Below are positions 45,849 to 56,507 of a stretch of DNA of 64,000 nt, piece by piece (the first letter of the stretch is position 1; each line of letters begins with the position of its first letter). A model generated the notes under the pieces. The model was not told the DNA's origin. It was given only the letters and a program-made list of their open reading frames with translations, and did not search any database. The position numbers and the translations under genes are program-made. Origin of the DNA: Candidatus Latescibacterota bacterium (GTDB lineage Bacteria; Latescibacterota; UBA2968); NCBI GenBank assembly GCA_965204375.1, contig OZ241986.1:5600001-5664000 (forward strand), written 5' to 3'.

Positions 45849-47537
45849 ATGGATACAAATGGAACTTATCAAGTCGCTGACTTGTGCGAAGCGGCAAGTG
45901 AGGGCGATGTCGCCAAAATTCGTCATATTCTGGATGTGCAACCCGATCTGGTCAATGTTCATATGGCCGAAAATGACGAGCACCTCGCCATTCACTACGC
46001 GGTTATGAATCAGCACGCGGATGCAGTGCGCATGCTGATGGAGGCGGGTGCAGATCACACGTCGGGTATTTATCCCCACCGCGATGCTACGGACGCGCTT
46101 ACCATAGCAGATGAACGCGGCTTGGATGATATTGTTCAGATTTTGCGAGAGGAAGACGAGAAACGCAAACTCGCGGCTTGCGAGAATATTACCATTACGG
46201 AGGAGAATGACGCGCTTTTTGAGGCTATTCGTGAGGGGCGGATGATGGAGACCGTGGAAATTCTCTATAAGAATCCCGATTTGATTAACGCCTGCCATCG
46301 CAATGGCGGTAGTGTGATTCACACTGGTGCATCTCTTGGAAATTATGAGCTTGTTCAATATCTGCTCAAGCGCGGTGCGGATATCACCCATCTCACGCCC
46401 GAGGGTCAATCGCCTCTCGACGGTGCTGTTCACAATATTCGCGGTCGCAACAGGCCACTCAACGAGGGGTGTTTGATTTGTGCGGGTATTCTCCTTCAGG
46501 CCGGATGCGAACAATCGCTTGAGTCTGCTGTCGCGCTTGGGGATCTTGGTTTTGTTCGCGCGTATAAGAGACAACATCCCGAACGCTTTCAGTCCAATGA
46601 CAGCGAGCGAGACGGTCTTTTACAGATCGCTGTGCAAAATGACAATCTCGATATGGTGCGTTTGCTGCTGGACCTGGGTCTCGATCCCGACGACAGATAT
46701 CAACTTCACCACTATGAAACCAAACCCTATTCATGGGGTCAACCGCTGGCTCATGCGGCGGGTCACTCGCAGTATGAGATTGCCGAACTTCTGCTCGAGC
46801 GCGGTGCCGATCCCAATGCGAGTATTTACGCGAGTGGCAATCCCATAGCGGCTGCGTACAATAATCGCGACGATAAGATGAAGGGGTTGCTGTTTAGATA
46901 CGGTGGGGTTTTGGATCATATTACTGCTGGACTTGAAGGTGAGACGTCTGCTGCTGCTGTTGCGCTTCACAATGATTCTTCGCTTGCGGAAAGACTTTTG
47001 TGGGCTGCGGGCTGTGGGGGCGATCCCAATATTGTGGGGATGTGTCTGCGCCAACTCGAATGGGGTCCCGATGACGGTCGCTGGTTTGGCTTGCTCGAGC
47101 AACCTGTGCGCCTGTGGCGCACTCACCCGCATCGCAAATTTCGAGATTTTGACCGCACGGTTTATCCCGAGATTTTTCGCATGATTCTCGATCACGGCGT
47201 CAGTCCCAATCTGGTCGGGCGTTTCGGGTATCGCCTTGCCCATCACATGGCGGCATGTGGTGTTGTGTGGGGAGAGGTGATTATGACTGAGGCCGAGCGC
47301 GTTGCTTTTGCCACTATTCTCCTCGACTATGGTGCAGATCTCGATGTGATTGATGAGCTTTTGCAATCTTCACCGCTTGGCTGGGCTGCGCGATGGGGCA
47401 AGTACGATCTCGCGCGTCTCTATCTCGAGCGCGGTGCCGATCCCACACTGACGGGTGCTGATTGGGCAACGCCACTCGCCTGGGCAGAGAAAAAAGGATA
47501 TGGGGATATTGCCGATCTCATCAGACGGTATCTGTAA
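45849..47537 (+). CDS. ankyrin-repeat protein
   Basis: Multiple (T/S)PL..A...G...(I/L)..LLL..GAD units. Confidence 0.9.
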   Translation: MDTNGTYQVADLCEAASEGDVAKIRHILDVQPDLVNVHMAENDEHLAIHYAVMNQHADAVRMLMEAGADHTSGIYPHRDATDALTIADERGLDDIVQILREEDEKRKLAACENITITEENDALFEAIREGRMMETVEILYKNPDLINACHRNGGSVIHTGASLGNYELVQYLLKRGADITHLTPEGQSPLDGAVHNIRGRNRPLNEGCLICAGILLQAGCEQSLESAVALGDLGFVRAYKRQHPERFQSNDSERDGLLQIAVQNDNLDMVRLLLDLGLDPDDRYQLHHYETKPYSWGQPLAHAAGHSQYEIAELLLERGADPNASIYASGNPIAAAYNNRDDKMKGLLFRYGGVLDHITAGLEGETSAAAVALHNDSSLAERLLWAAGCGGDPNIVGMCLRQLEWGPDDGRWFGLLEQPVRLWRTHPHRKFRDFDRTVYPEIFRMILDHGVSPNLVGRFGYRLAHHMAACGVVWGEVIMTEAERVAFATILLDYGADLDVIDELLQSSPLGWAARWGKYDLARLYLERGADPTLTGADWATPLAWAEKKGYGDIADLIRRYL

Positions 47538-47651
47538 AAATGGATATTATCCAGAACGCCATCGGAAATGCTTGCGATGGCGTTTTCTTTTTGTACCATG
47601 AAAGCGCCAGAGGTTGATTTAGCCAACAGTAAGATCAAAAGGAGATAGAGC

Positions 47652-48593
47652 ATGGTTCGCACGTTGATTGGCAGTCGGTATTCAGAGGATGTTGAGGCGT
47701 TGTTAGAAGGTGCGCCTTCTGAGGTTGAGGTGATTTTTCTGCCGGAGGGGGAAAAGCAGGCTGATTATTTGTCGGGCGTGGAAGTGCTTTTTGGCCGGCT
47801 TCCGGAATCCGATTTTGATCACGCAGATGCGTTGAAGTGGGTTCAGCAGCCCCATGCGGGGGCCGAAGGGCATTTGTATGAAAAATTTAAGAATAGCGAT
47901 ATGGTTTTGACCAATGCTGGGGGATTGTTCGGTCCTCAGATTGCAGAACATGGGTTTGCGCTTTTGCTGGCGTTGACGCGACAGATTCACACGCAGTTGG
48001 AGTTTATGAAGCGCAAGCATTGGGAGCGCGTGCCGTGTTTGGAACTGGCGGGTATGACGATGGGTATTATTGGTTTGGGGGGTATCGGGCAGGCGATTGC
48101 AGACCGCGCAAAAGCGTTTGAATTTCGGGTTATTGCCGTCGATCCCGAGGATATGGATTGTCCGGATTCTGTGGATCGGTTGGAAAAGATGGATTATTTA
48201 CCCGAACTTATGTCGCAGTCCAATGTGGTTATGGTGTGTTGCCCCAGTACGGCTGAAACGCATAAGATGCTATCGGGCGAGATGTTTGACCGGTTGATGG
48301 AGGGTAGTTTGCTCGTCAATGTGAGTCGGGGAAAGGTGGTGGATGAGGAGGCTATGGTCGCGGCGTTGCGATCGGGCAAACTGGCGGGTATTGGGCTGGA
48401 TGTAACTTATACGGAACCCTGTCCGGAAGATAGTCCGCTGTGGACCGAACCCAATGTGATTTTGACATCGCACAGTGCGGGGTCTTCACAACATATTCGG
48501 AGGCGCGCTATGGTGCGGTTTGTGGATAATTTGCACAGGTATGTGAGGGGTGAGGCGCTGCAGAATGTGGTGGATAAGGTGAAGGGGTATTAG
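47652..48593 (+). CDS. D-2-hydroxyacid dehydrogenase
   Basis: GLGGIG, NVSRG, LDV..EP, TSHSAG. Confidence 0.93.
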   Translation: MVRTLIGSRYSEDVEALLEGAPSEVEVIFLPEGEKQADYLSGVEVLFGRLPESDFDHADALKWVQQPHAGAEGHLYEKFKNSDMVLTNAGGLFGPQIAEHGFALLLALTRQIHTQLEFMKRKHWERVPCLELAGMTMGIIGLGGIGQAIADRAKAFEFRVIAVDPEDMDCPDSVDRLEKMDYLPELMSQSNVVMVCCPSTAETHKMLSGEMFDRLMEGSLLVNVSRGKVVDEEAMVAALRSGKLAGIGLDVTYTEPCPEDSPLWTEPNVILTSHSAGSSQHIRRRAMVRFVDNLHRYVRGEALQNVVDKVKGY

Positions 48594-48603
48594 GGGCTTC
48601 CCT

Positions 48604-49332
48604 TTATTCCCCCAAAAAAGATGCTTTCCAGAGATTTGCAAAGTGGCGTTTTACCCATTTTAATGGTTTTTGAGCGAGTGCATTAAACCCACCCCATGTC
48701 CACCGCGTGGGGTGGGTTTTTTTTGTTATTTGCTGGAATAGTTCTCGACGGTCTGCATCCAACCAGTTGAGTGTGTCAGATAGATAGATCAATTCGCGCT
48801 CGTATTCCATGGATACCATCGCTTTCATGTGTGCATCGACTTTGTCGGTTTCTTGTAATTTTGTTTTTGGGCATACTGTGTATCGCTCTGTGGATAAGAA
48901 GGACGATATCCATTGATAGGGTACCTGGTTGCGTGCGGATTCAGCGGTGGCGTTGACCTGCGATACCTGGTTCAAAATACCGTAAGTGCGACAGGTCAAG
49001 GGGCGCGCCGAATGGATTGAGCAGCCGCCTTCGGGTGTTAAGAACGGACAGCGACGCGGGCGTTCTTCGACTGTGTTTAGCAATTCTCGCTGTTTTTTGG
49101 GGTCAAAGTGCGAGCGCACATAATCTATGATGTTGATGTATTCGACGGCGTAGAGCGGATACATGGTTGCAAAATTGTCGTTGTATTCGGCATCTGTTAG
49201 TTCACAACAGCTTCCCGGGGCATCGCAACCGGCGCACGATACAGCGGGGACCTGTGCATACACTGCGTTCAGGCGCGCGCGGGTCTCTTCGGGTAAAATT
49301 GGCGATGCGATTTGTAGCAAGGAGTCACTCAC
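48604..49332 (-). CDS. YkgJ-family cysteine-cluster protein
   Basis: CAGC....SCC, CPFL....CSIH.ARPLTCRTY. Confidence 0.8.
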   Translation of the reverse strand: MSDSLLQIASPILPEETRARLNAVYAQVPAVSCAGCDAPGSCCELTDAEYNDNFATMYPLYAVEYINIIDYVRSHFDPKKQRELLNTVEERPRRCPFLTPEGGCSIHSARPLTCRTYGILNQVSQVNATAESARNQVPYQWISSFLSTERYTVCPKTKLQETDKVDAHMKAMVSMEYERELIYLSDTLNWLDADRRELFQQITKKTHPTRWTWGGFNALAQKPLKWVKRHFANLWKASFLGE

Positions 49333-49343
49333 TTTTTGCGCCT

Positions 49344-51184
<1,841 letters not shown>

Positions 51185-51240
51185 AAGTCGGTAGTCAGTG
51201 GTTAGTGGTTAATCCGCCTTGCTTCCCAATTTTTAATTTA

Positions 51241-52224
51241 TTATACCTTTCCCCGTCCGCCGGAAATAAATTTGGCGAGTTGTCGATGGAGATGGGCGCG
51301 CACTTCTGGATTATCTGGATTCAATGCAATGGCCTGGCGGATGATGAAAATGGCGCGTTCGGTATTGCCCATCTGGTAATGCAATTCGGCCAGTGTGTCC
51401 AGATAGGAAGGCGTGTGTGGGCGCAGGCGCAAAGACCGCCGCGATAGGCGAATGCCTTCGCGCAGGTGTATCCCCTGAATGGCGTATATCCAGGCGAGAT
51501 TGTTCAGGCTGCTGTCGTCGAGGGGGTTGAGTTCCAGTGCTTTTTTGTAAAATTCTTCGGCTCGCTCATAGTTTTTGCGCTCGTAATAGACATTGCCCAA
51601 CTCGCCGTGCGTGCGTGCCTGTATTTCCAATTCATTGTTGTTTTTGGGTTCAATATCCAGTGCCTGTACATAAGCCTCTTCGGCGCGCTCGGGCCATTTT
51701 AATACCATGTAAAGACCGCCCAGTTGAAAATGTGCCCACATGGTTTTCGGCCATTGTTCGACAACTGTTTCCAAAAGGGATTGCGCTTCGCTCAACTGGT
51801 CGTGAGCCAGATAGAGGCTGACGAGGTCGCGGTAAGATTCCCGGTGCGCGGGCACTTGCGATATGGCTTTTTCCAGCCACGCGATAGCGGCGTCTGGCCT
51901 CTCAAGTGCTTCATTGACGATTGCGAGGTCACGGTACAAGATCATATAATTGGGAGCTAATCCGAGCGCAGTTTCAAATTCGACGCGCGCTGCGTCGTAT
52001 TGGCTGCGCCTCAGATATGCCCTGCCCAACCACCGCCGCAAAACCGCGTCTTCGGGGCAAATATCCACAGCAGCCTGAAATATCGCCAGCGCTGTTTCGC
52101 GATCGCCATTGGCCTCGATAGCAATGGCGCGGTCTAAATGGCGATACGCCCGATACTGTGCACAGCCAGACAAAAGCAGGACGGATGCGAGTGTGCAAAA
52201 GAGAATTGTGCGTGTGTTATCCAT
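51241..52224 (-). CDS. TPR-repeat lipoprotein
   Basis: LLSGC lipobox; repeated LG..Y.....Y..A...Y.KAL...P units. Confidence 0.85.
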   Translation of the reverse strand: MDNTRTILFCTLASVLLLSGCAQYRAYRHLDRAIAIEANGDRETALAIFQAAVDICPEDAVLRRWLGRAYLRRSQYDAARVEFETALGLAPNYMILYRDLAIVNEALERPDAAIAWLEKAISQVPAHRESYRDLVSLYLAHDQLSEAQSLLETVVEQWPKTMWAHFQLGGLYMVLKWPERAEEAYVQALDIEPKNNNELEIQARTHGELGNVYYERKNYERAEEFYKKALELNPLDDSSLNNLAWIYAIQGIHLREGIRLSRRSLRLRPHTPSYLDTLAELHYQMGNTERAIFIIRQAIALNPDNPEVRAHLHRQLAKFISGGRGKV

Positions 52225-52291
52225 AGAGCTACTCCTCAGGGGAAGTATAGAAATCGCAACAGGGGTTGTCAAGGTGCAAAGGTGTTTTCCC

Positions 52292-52319
52292 TTGACGCAT
52301 ATAGGTGGGCGGGTATAAT
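52292..52319 (+). promoter_or_regulatory. sigma70-type promoter of the TAXI operon
   Basis: TTGACG-16bp-TATAAT. Confidence 0.65.
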
Positions 52320-52360
52320 TAGGCAAATAAATTTCTGTTCACTTTTTCTGAGGTTTTTCC

Positions 52361-53359
52361 ATGTCGCGTATCTATTTCGTTCTTGTTTTTTTGTTTTGTA
52401 TCTCCTGTGGAGCACCGCAGGAGGGTATGCAGACGCAGAATTTGATTATTGCAACGGCTACGCCCGGCGGTACGTATTATCCGGTGGGTGTTGCGCTGAG
52501 TACGACGATTACACAGAAGCTACAGCCCAAGATTGTGGCAGCAGCTATCAATTCTGCAGGGTCGGGCGAGAATATTCAGATGCTGGTCAATCGAGAGGCA
52601 CATCTGGCGATTTTGCAGGGTTTGTACGGTGCGATGGCTTATCGCGGAGAGGGTACCTATCAGGGGCAAGCGGTTAGAGATCTCCGGTCTATTACCCTGC
52701 TATGGGAGAATGTCGAGCATTTTCTACTTCGGGCGTCTGATGCCAAAACAGGTACTGTTGAGGACTTGAGAAAACTCGGCCGCAAATACGTTATTGGCAA
52801 ACGCGGCAGTGGTACAGAAGGCGCGACTCGAACTATTCTCGCAGCGCTTAATATTTCTCCGGATGAGGATTTTACGTCTGAATATCTGGGTTATAGTCCG
52901 TCTGCTCAAGCGATGATTGACGGTCGTATTGCAGGGGCGACGCTTTCGGCTGGTCCGCCCGTGGCCGCTGTGACGCAGGCTTTTGCCCAGCTCGGTGCGG
53001 ACGGGGTTTCTGTGCTTGCTTTTAGCGATGATCATCTCATGGCGATCCAAAATGCGTTTCCCGTGTGGACGCGGTATGTTATTCCGGCCAATACGTATCC
53101 CGGGCAGTCCGAAGCGATTGAGACGATTGCACAACCCAATTTTTTGGCGTGTAGAGCAGATTTGCCCGAGGATGTGGTCTATGAGATTACAAAAACTATT
53201 TATGAGAATTTAGAGGAGATTCAAAATATCCACAAGGCCACGCTCGCAATGTCTCTCGAGAAAGCGACGATGGGCCTGGCTGTTCCCCTGCATGCGGGTG
53301 CCGCGCGCTACTATAGCGAGAAGGGTATCGATATTTCGCCGTCTCTGATAGGGGAATAG
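52361..53359 (+). CDS. TAXI-family TRAP solute-binding lipoprotein
   Basis: IATATPGGTYYPVG, SAGSGEN, PLHAGAARYY. Confidence 0.93.
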   Translation: MSRIYFVLVFLFCISCGAPQEGMQTQNLIIATATPGGTYYPVGVALSTTITQKLQPKIVAAAINSAGSGENIQMLVNREAHLAILQGLYGAMAYRGEGTYQGQAVRDLRSITLLWENVEHFLLRASDAKTGTVEDLRKLGRKYVIGKRGSGTEGATRTILAALNISPDEDFTSEYLGYSPSAQAMIDGRIAGATLSAGPPVAAVTQAFAQLGADGVSVLAFSDDHLMAIQNAFPVWTRYVIPANTYPGQSEAIETIAQPNFLACRADLPEDVVYEITKTIYENLEEIQNIHKATLAMSLEKATMGLAVPLHAGAARYYSEKGIDISPSLIGE

Positions 53360-53361
53360 GT

Positions 53362-55245
53362 TTGAATTCCGAATTTGAACAGGGCGGCGAAGTGAGTACA
53401 CCGCATCGCGTGCTTACTGGCAGGCATCAGGTGCTCGTGGTTGTTGTGGGGGTCTGCCTGTCTCTGTTTCACCTGTGGAGCAATACGCTGGGTGTTTTGC
53501 CTGAATTACAGCGCAATGCCGCCCATTATGCTTTCATTCTTTTTTTGGGATATCTGCTTTATCCCGTTTCTACGCGCTATGCCTCGCGCACGCTGATTCT
53601 CGATTATTTTTTTGCTATTCTCTCTTTCGTCGTTGCCCTTTATCTCGTGTTTTTTGAAGACGCGCTGCACGCCCGCAACGAAGTGCCGAATACGGCTGAT
53701 CTCGTTTTTGCGGGTATTGCGATTCTCCTTTTGCTCGAGATTACGCGTCGTACGACCGGTTTTTTTATTCCTCTGCTCGCGCTTGTATTTCTCACTTACG
53801 CGCTTTTTTGGGGGCAATATGTTTCGGGTATATGGGCGTTTCCCGGGGTGTCATTGCCGCGCTTGTTGTATCGCATGTATTTCGCTCCCGATGGTATTTT
53901 TGGAACGATTGCGACTATTTCATCTACTTTTGTCGCGCTTTTTGTGCTTTTTGGCGCGTTTCTCCTGCGTTCGGGTGCAGGCGATTTTATGATTCGTCTG
54001 GCGCTCGCGTTGCTGGGGCGCACGGTGGGCGGACCGGCAAAGATGGCGGTTTTTGCCAGTGGTATGCTCGGCTCGATTTCGGGGAGTGCTGTGGCGAATA
54101 CGGTGGGGTCGGGTTCGCTTACTATTCCGATGATGAAGCGCACGGGTTTTTCGCCTACGTTTTCAGGCGCGGTCGAAGCGGCGGCATCTACGGGTGGTCA
54201 ACTCATGCCGCCGATTATGGGTGCGGGCGCGTTTATTATGAGTCAGTGGACGCAAATTCCCTATCTGACTATTGTCGCTGTGTCCTTTATTCCCGCGCTG
54301 ATCTATTTTTTGAGTGTTATCTTTTTTATACATTTTCGCGCGCGAAAACGGGGGATTGCGCCTTTACCTGCCTCAGAACTTCCAAATATCCGCGATACGG
54401 TCCGCGAAGGCTGGCATTTTGCGATTCCTATTGTGGTGCTCGTGGGTACACTGATCTACGGTTTTACACCCACGTTTGCCGCGGCAACGGGAACCGCGAG
54501 TATTGTCGGTGCGAGCTGGCTGAATAAGAATACGCGCATGAATATCCGCGATATTGTCGATGCTCTTGCGCTGGGTGCTCACAATATGATTACCACGGGT
54601 ATTATTCTGCTGTGTGCGGGTATTATTGTGGGTGTGGTGCTGATGGTTGGCGTTGGGATCAAATTTTCTTTGCTCATTTCGGCGATTGCCGGAAGCAGTG
54701 TGCTTATTACTGTTGTGCTCATCGCCATTGCGTCTCTGATTCTGGGCATGGGCCTGCCGGTGACGGCATCTTATATCGTGCTGGCAGTGCTGGCTGCGCC
54801 CGCGCTGACCAATCTGGGCGTTAGCCTGATCGCGGCGCATTTGCTGATTTTCTGGTATTCACAGGATGCCAATGTCACGCCGCCGGTTTGTCTGGCTGCG
54901 TATTCCGCTGCGGGTATTGCGGGGGCAAATCCGCTGCGTACGGGTTTTGAGTCGTGGCGCATCGCTAAGGGTATTTATTTTATTCCTCTGCTTTTTTGCT
55001 ATACGCCCATCCTTTTTGAAGGGGAGACCTGGCGCGTTATTGAGACAGTGATAGCTACGCTTCTGGGGTTGCTGTCTTTTGCGGCGGCTTCTGAGGGTTT
55101 TCACATGGTGTCGCTGGGTGTATTATATCGCGTCTTATTCCTGGCGGCAGCGGTGCTGTTGCTTTGGCCTTTGCTGGTATGTCATGCTGTTGGAGCGGCG
55201 ATTTTTCTCGTTCTGGTGTTGGTGCAAAAACGCGTCGCTACATAA
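53362..55245 (+). CDS. TRAP fused permease (4TM/12TM)
   Basis: GGPAK, SGSAVAN, EAAASTGGQLMPPIMGA, GMGLP, TPPVCLAA. Confidence 0.93.
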   Translation: MNSEFEQGGEVSTPHRVLTGRHQVLVVVVGVCLSLFHLWSNTLGVLPELQRNAAHYAFILFLGYLLYPVSTRYASRTLILDYFFAILSFVVALYLVFFEDALHARNEVPNTADLVFAGIAILLLLEITRRTTGFFIPLLALVFLTYALFWGQYVSGIWAFPGVSLPRLLYRMYFAPDGIFGTIATISSTFVALFVLFGAFLLRSGAGDFMIRLALALLGRTVGGPAKMAVFASGMLGSISGSAVANTVGSGSLTIPMMKRTGFSPTFSGAVEAAASTGGQLMPPIMGAGAFIMSQWTQIPYLTIVAVSFIPALIYFLSVIFFIHFRARKRGIAPLPASELPNIRDTVREGWHFAIPIVVLVGTLIYGFTPTFAAATGTASIVGASWLNKNTRMNIRDIVDALALGAHNMITTGIILLCAGIIVGVVLMVGVGIKFSLLISAIAGSSVLITVVLIAIASLILGMGLPVTASYIVLAVLAAPALTNLGVSLIAAHLLIFWYSQDANVTPPVCLAAYSAAGIAGANPLRTGFESWRIAKGIYFIPLLFCYTPILFEGETWRVIETVIATLLGLLSFAAASEGFHMVSLGVLYRVLFLAAAVLLLWPLLVCHAVGAAIFLVLVLVQKRVAT

Positions 55246-56416
55246 GATCATCTGAGTCGGCCAGTTGCACTGTCAGTTTGGTCAAGGCATGGGTGAGGTG
55301 TACAATTTTTTGTAGATCAATTGCACGAGGCCAACGGTCGGCGGGATGATGGAAGAGACGATTGCGACCTGTGATGGAAATATATTGCCCGCCTCTGTCG
55401 TAGATATTCCGCGCTTCGCCGCCGGGGCGCGTGCCAACAGGTGTAAAGTCTATTGCCGAAACACTGACTCCCGCAATGGCACGATGGGCCAATTGCGCCA
55501 ATTCCTCGCGTGACGCTTGTAGTCTTATGGGACAATTTGCTGCTGCAAAATTCGCGCCCAGATGAATCCAGATGTGCGCCGCTTTGATCAATGGACGATG
55601 GTGCGAGAGGAAGAAATCCAATCCCAGGTGCCCCAATTCGTGTCCCGTGCTTGCGACAAACCACACGTCTCGCTGTGGCTGATGTTCAGAGAGGGCGCGG
55701 ATCATTTCGAGCCAACATGCTATTCCACCTCCGCGTTCCGACACACATTGCCACCAGCCACTTCGCGGGGTGATGACTACGAGCGGGGGCAGGGATGAAT
55801 TTTTGCCCTGTATTCGCGTTTCAACGTTCAGTGCCTGGACTTCTGTGCGCGCTACCTGGGCTATTAAGCGCGCTTCTTTTTTAGCAGATATGGCTTCTGC
55901 GATACGCTCTTCGGCACTGTCCGGTACCTGTAATACGGGCGGTCCAAAAGGTGTTGTAAAATTCTCTGCATTGGTCGGTGTCAATCCGCGCATGTCATCG
56001 GGATAGGTTCGTTTGCATATTGCAATCATGGCTTTGACGTTGCTCCGTTGCCGGGTATGGGTAAGTTGTGGCTTGTCCCATCCCCGATTGGTCAGGTGGT
56101 GTCCCACTGCTATGGGTGCGTTATTTTCTGGACCACCCATCCGCCCTCTTACGCCATTTTTATCTGTAAATGTGCCGTCAAAAAAGGGTATGCCTTGAAT
56201 TGTTTGGTTGCCGATTTGAAGCTCTGACTGTATTGGATCAACGCGCAAATGCCGAAATTTTGTCAATAGAGGTTTTTGGCCCGTTGCTTTTATTTGTTCG
56301 GCCAAATAGTGTGCATTTTCCGTATCTCCTATTGTTCCAGTACGGTGAATGCCCTGCTGATCGTAGGTCTCCAAAATTTCGGCGACTCGTTGTTCGAGAG
56401 ATTTGTTTTTAGACAT
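55238..56416 (-). CDS. hypothetical protein, possibly M28-peptidase-like fold
   Basis: HRTGT.GD, ERGGG, STGHELGHLG, FHHPADR; canonical Zn ligands not clearly present. Confidence 0.5.
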   Translation of the reverse strand: MSKNKSLEQRVAEILETYDQQGIHRTGTIGDTENAHYLAEQIKATGQKPLLTKFRHLRVDPIQSELQIGNQTIQGIPFFDGTFTDKNGVRGRMGGPENNAPIAVGHHLTNRGWDKPQLTHTRQRSNVKAMIAICKRTYPDDMRGLTPTNAENFTTPFGPPVLQVPDSAEERIAEAISAKKEARLIAQVARTEVQALNVETRIQGKNSSLPPLVVITPRSGWWQCVSERGGGIACWLEMIRALSEHQPQRDVWFVASTGHELGHLGLDFFLSHHRPLIKAAHIWIHLGANFAAANCPIRLQASREELAQLAHRAIAGVSVSAIDFTPVGTRPGGEARNIYDRGGQYISITGRNRLFHHPADRWPRAIDLQKIVHLTHALTKLTVQLADSDDLM

Positions 56417-56507
56417 TTTGTTTCTCCATAATTCTTTTGGCTAACTTCTACAACACAAAAGTATTATTATACACGATCACAATAGAATTTCAAACAGGAG
56501 ATAGACG

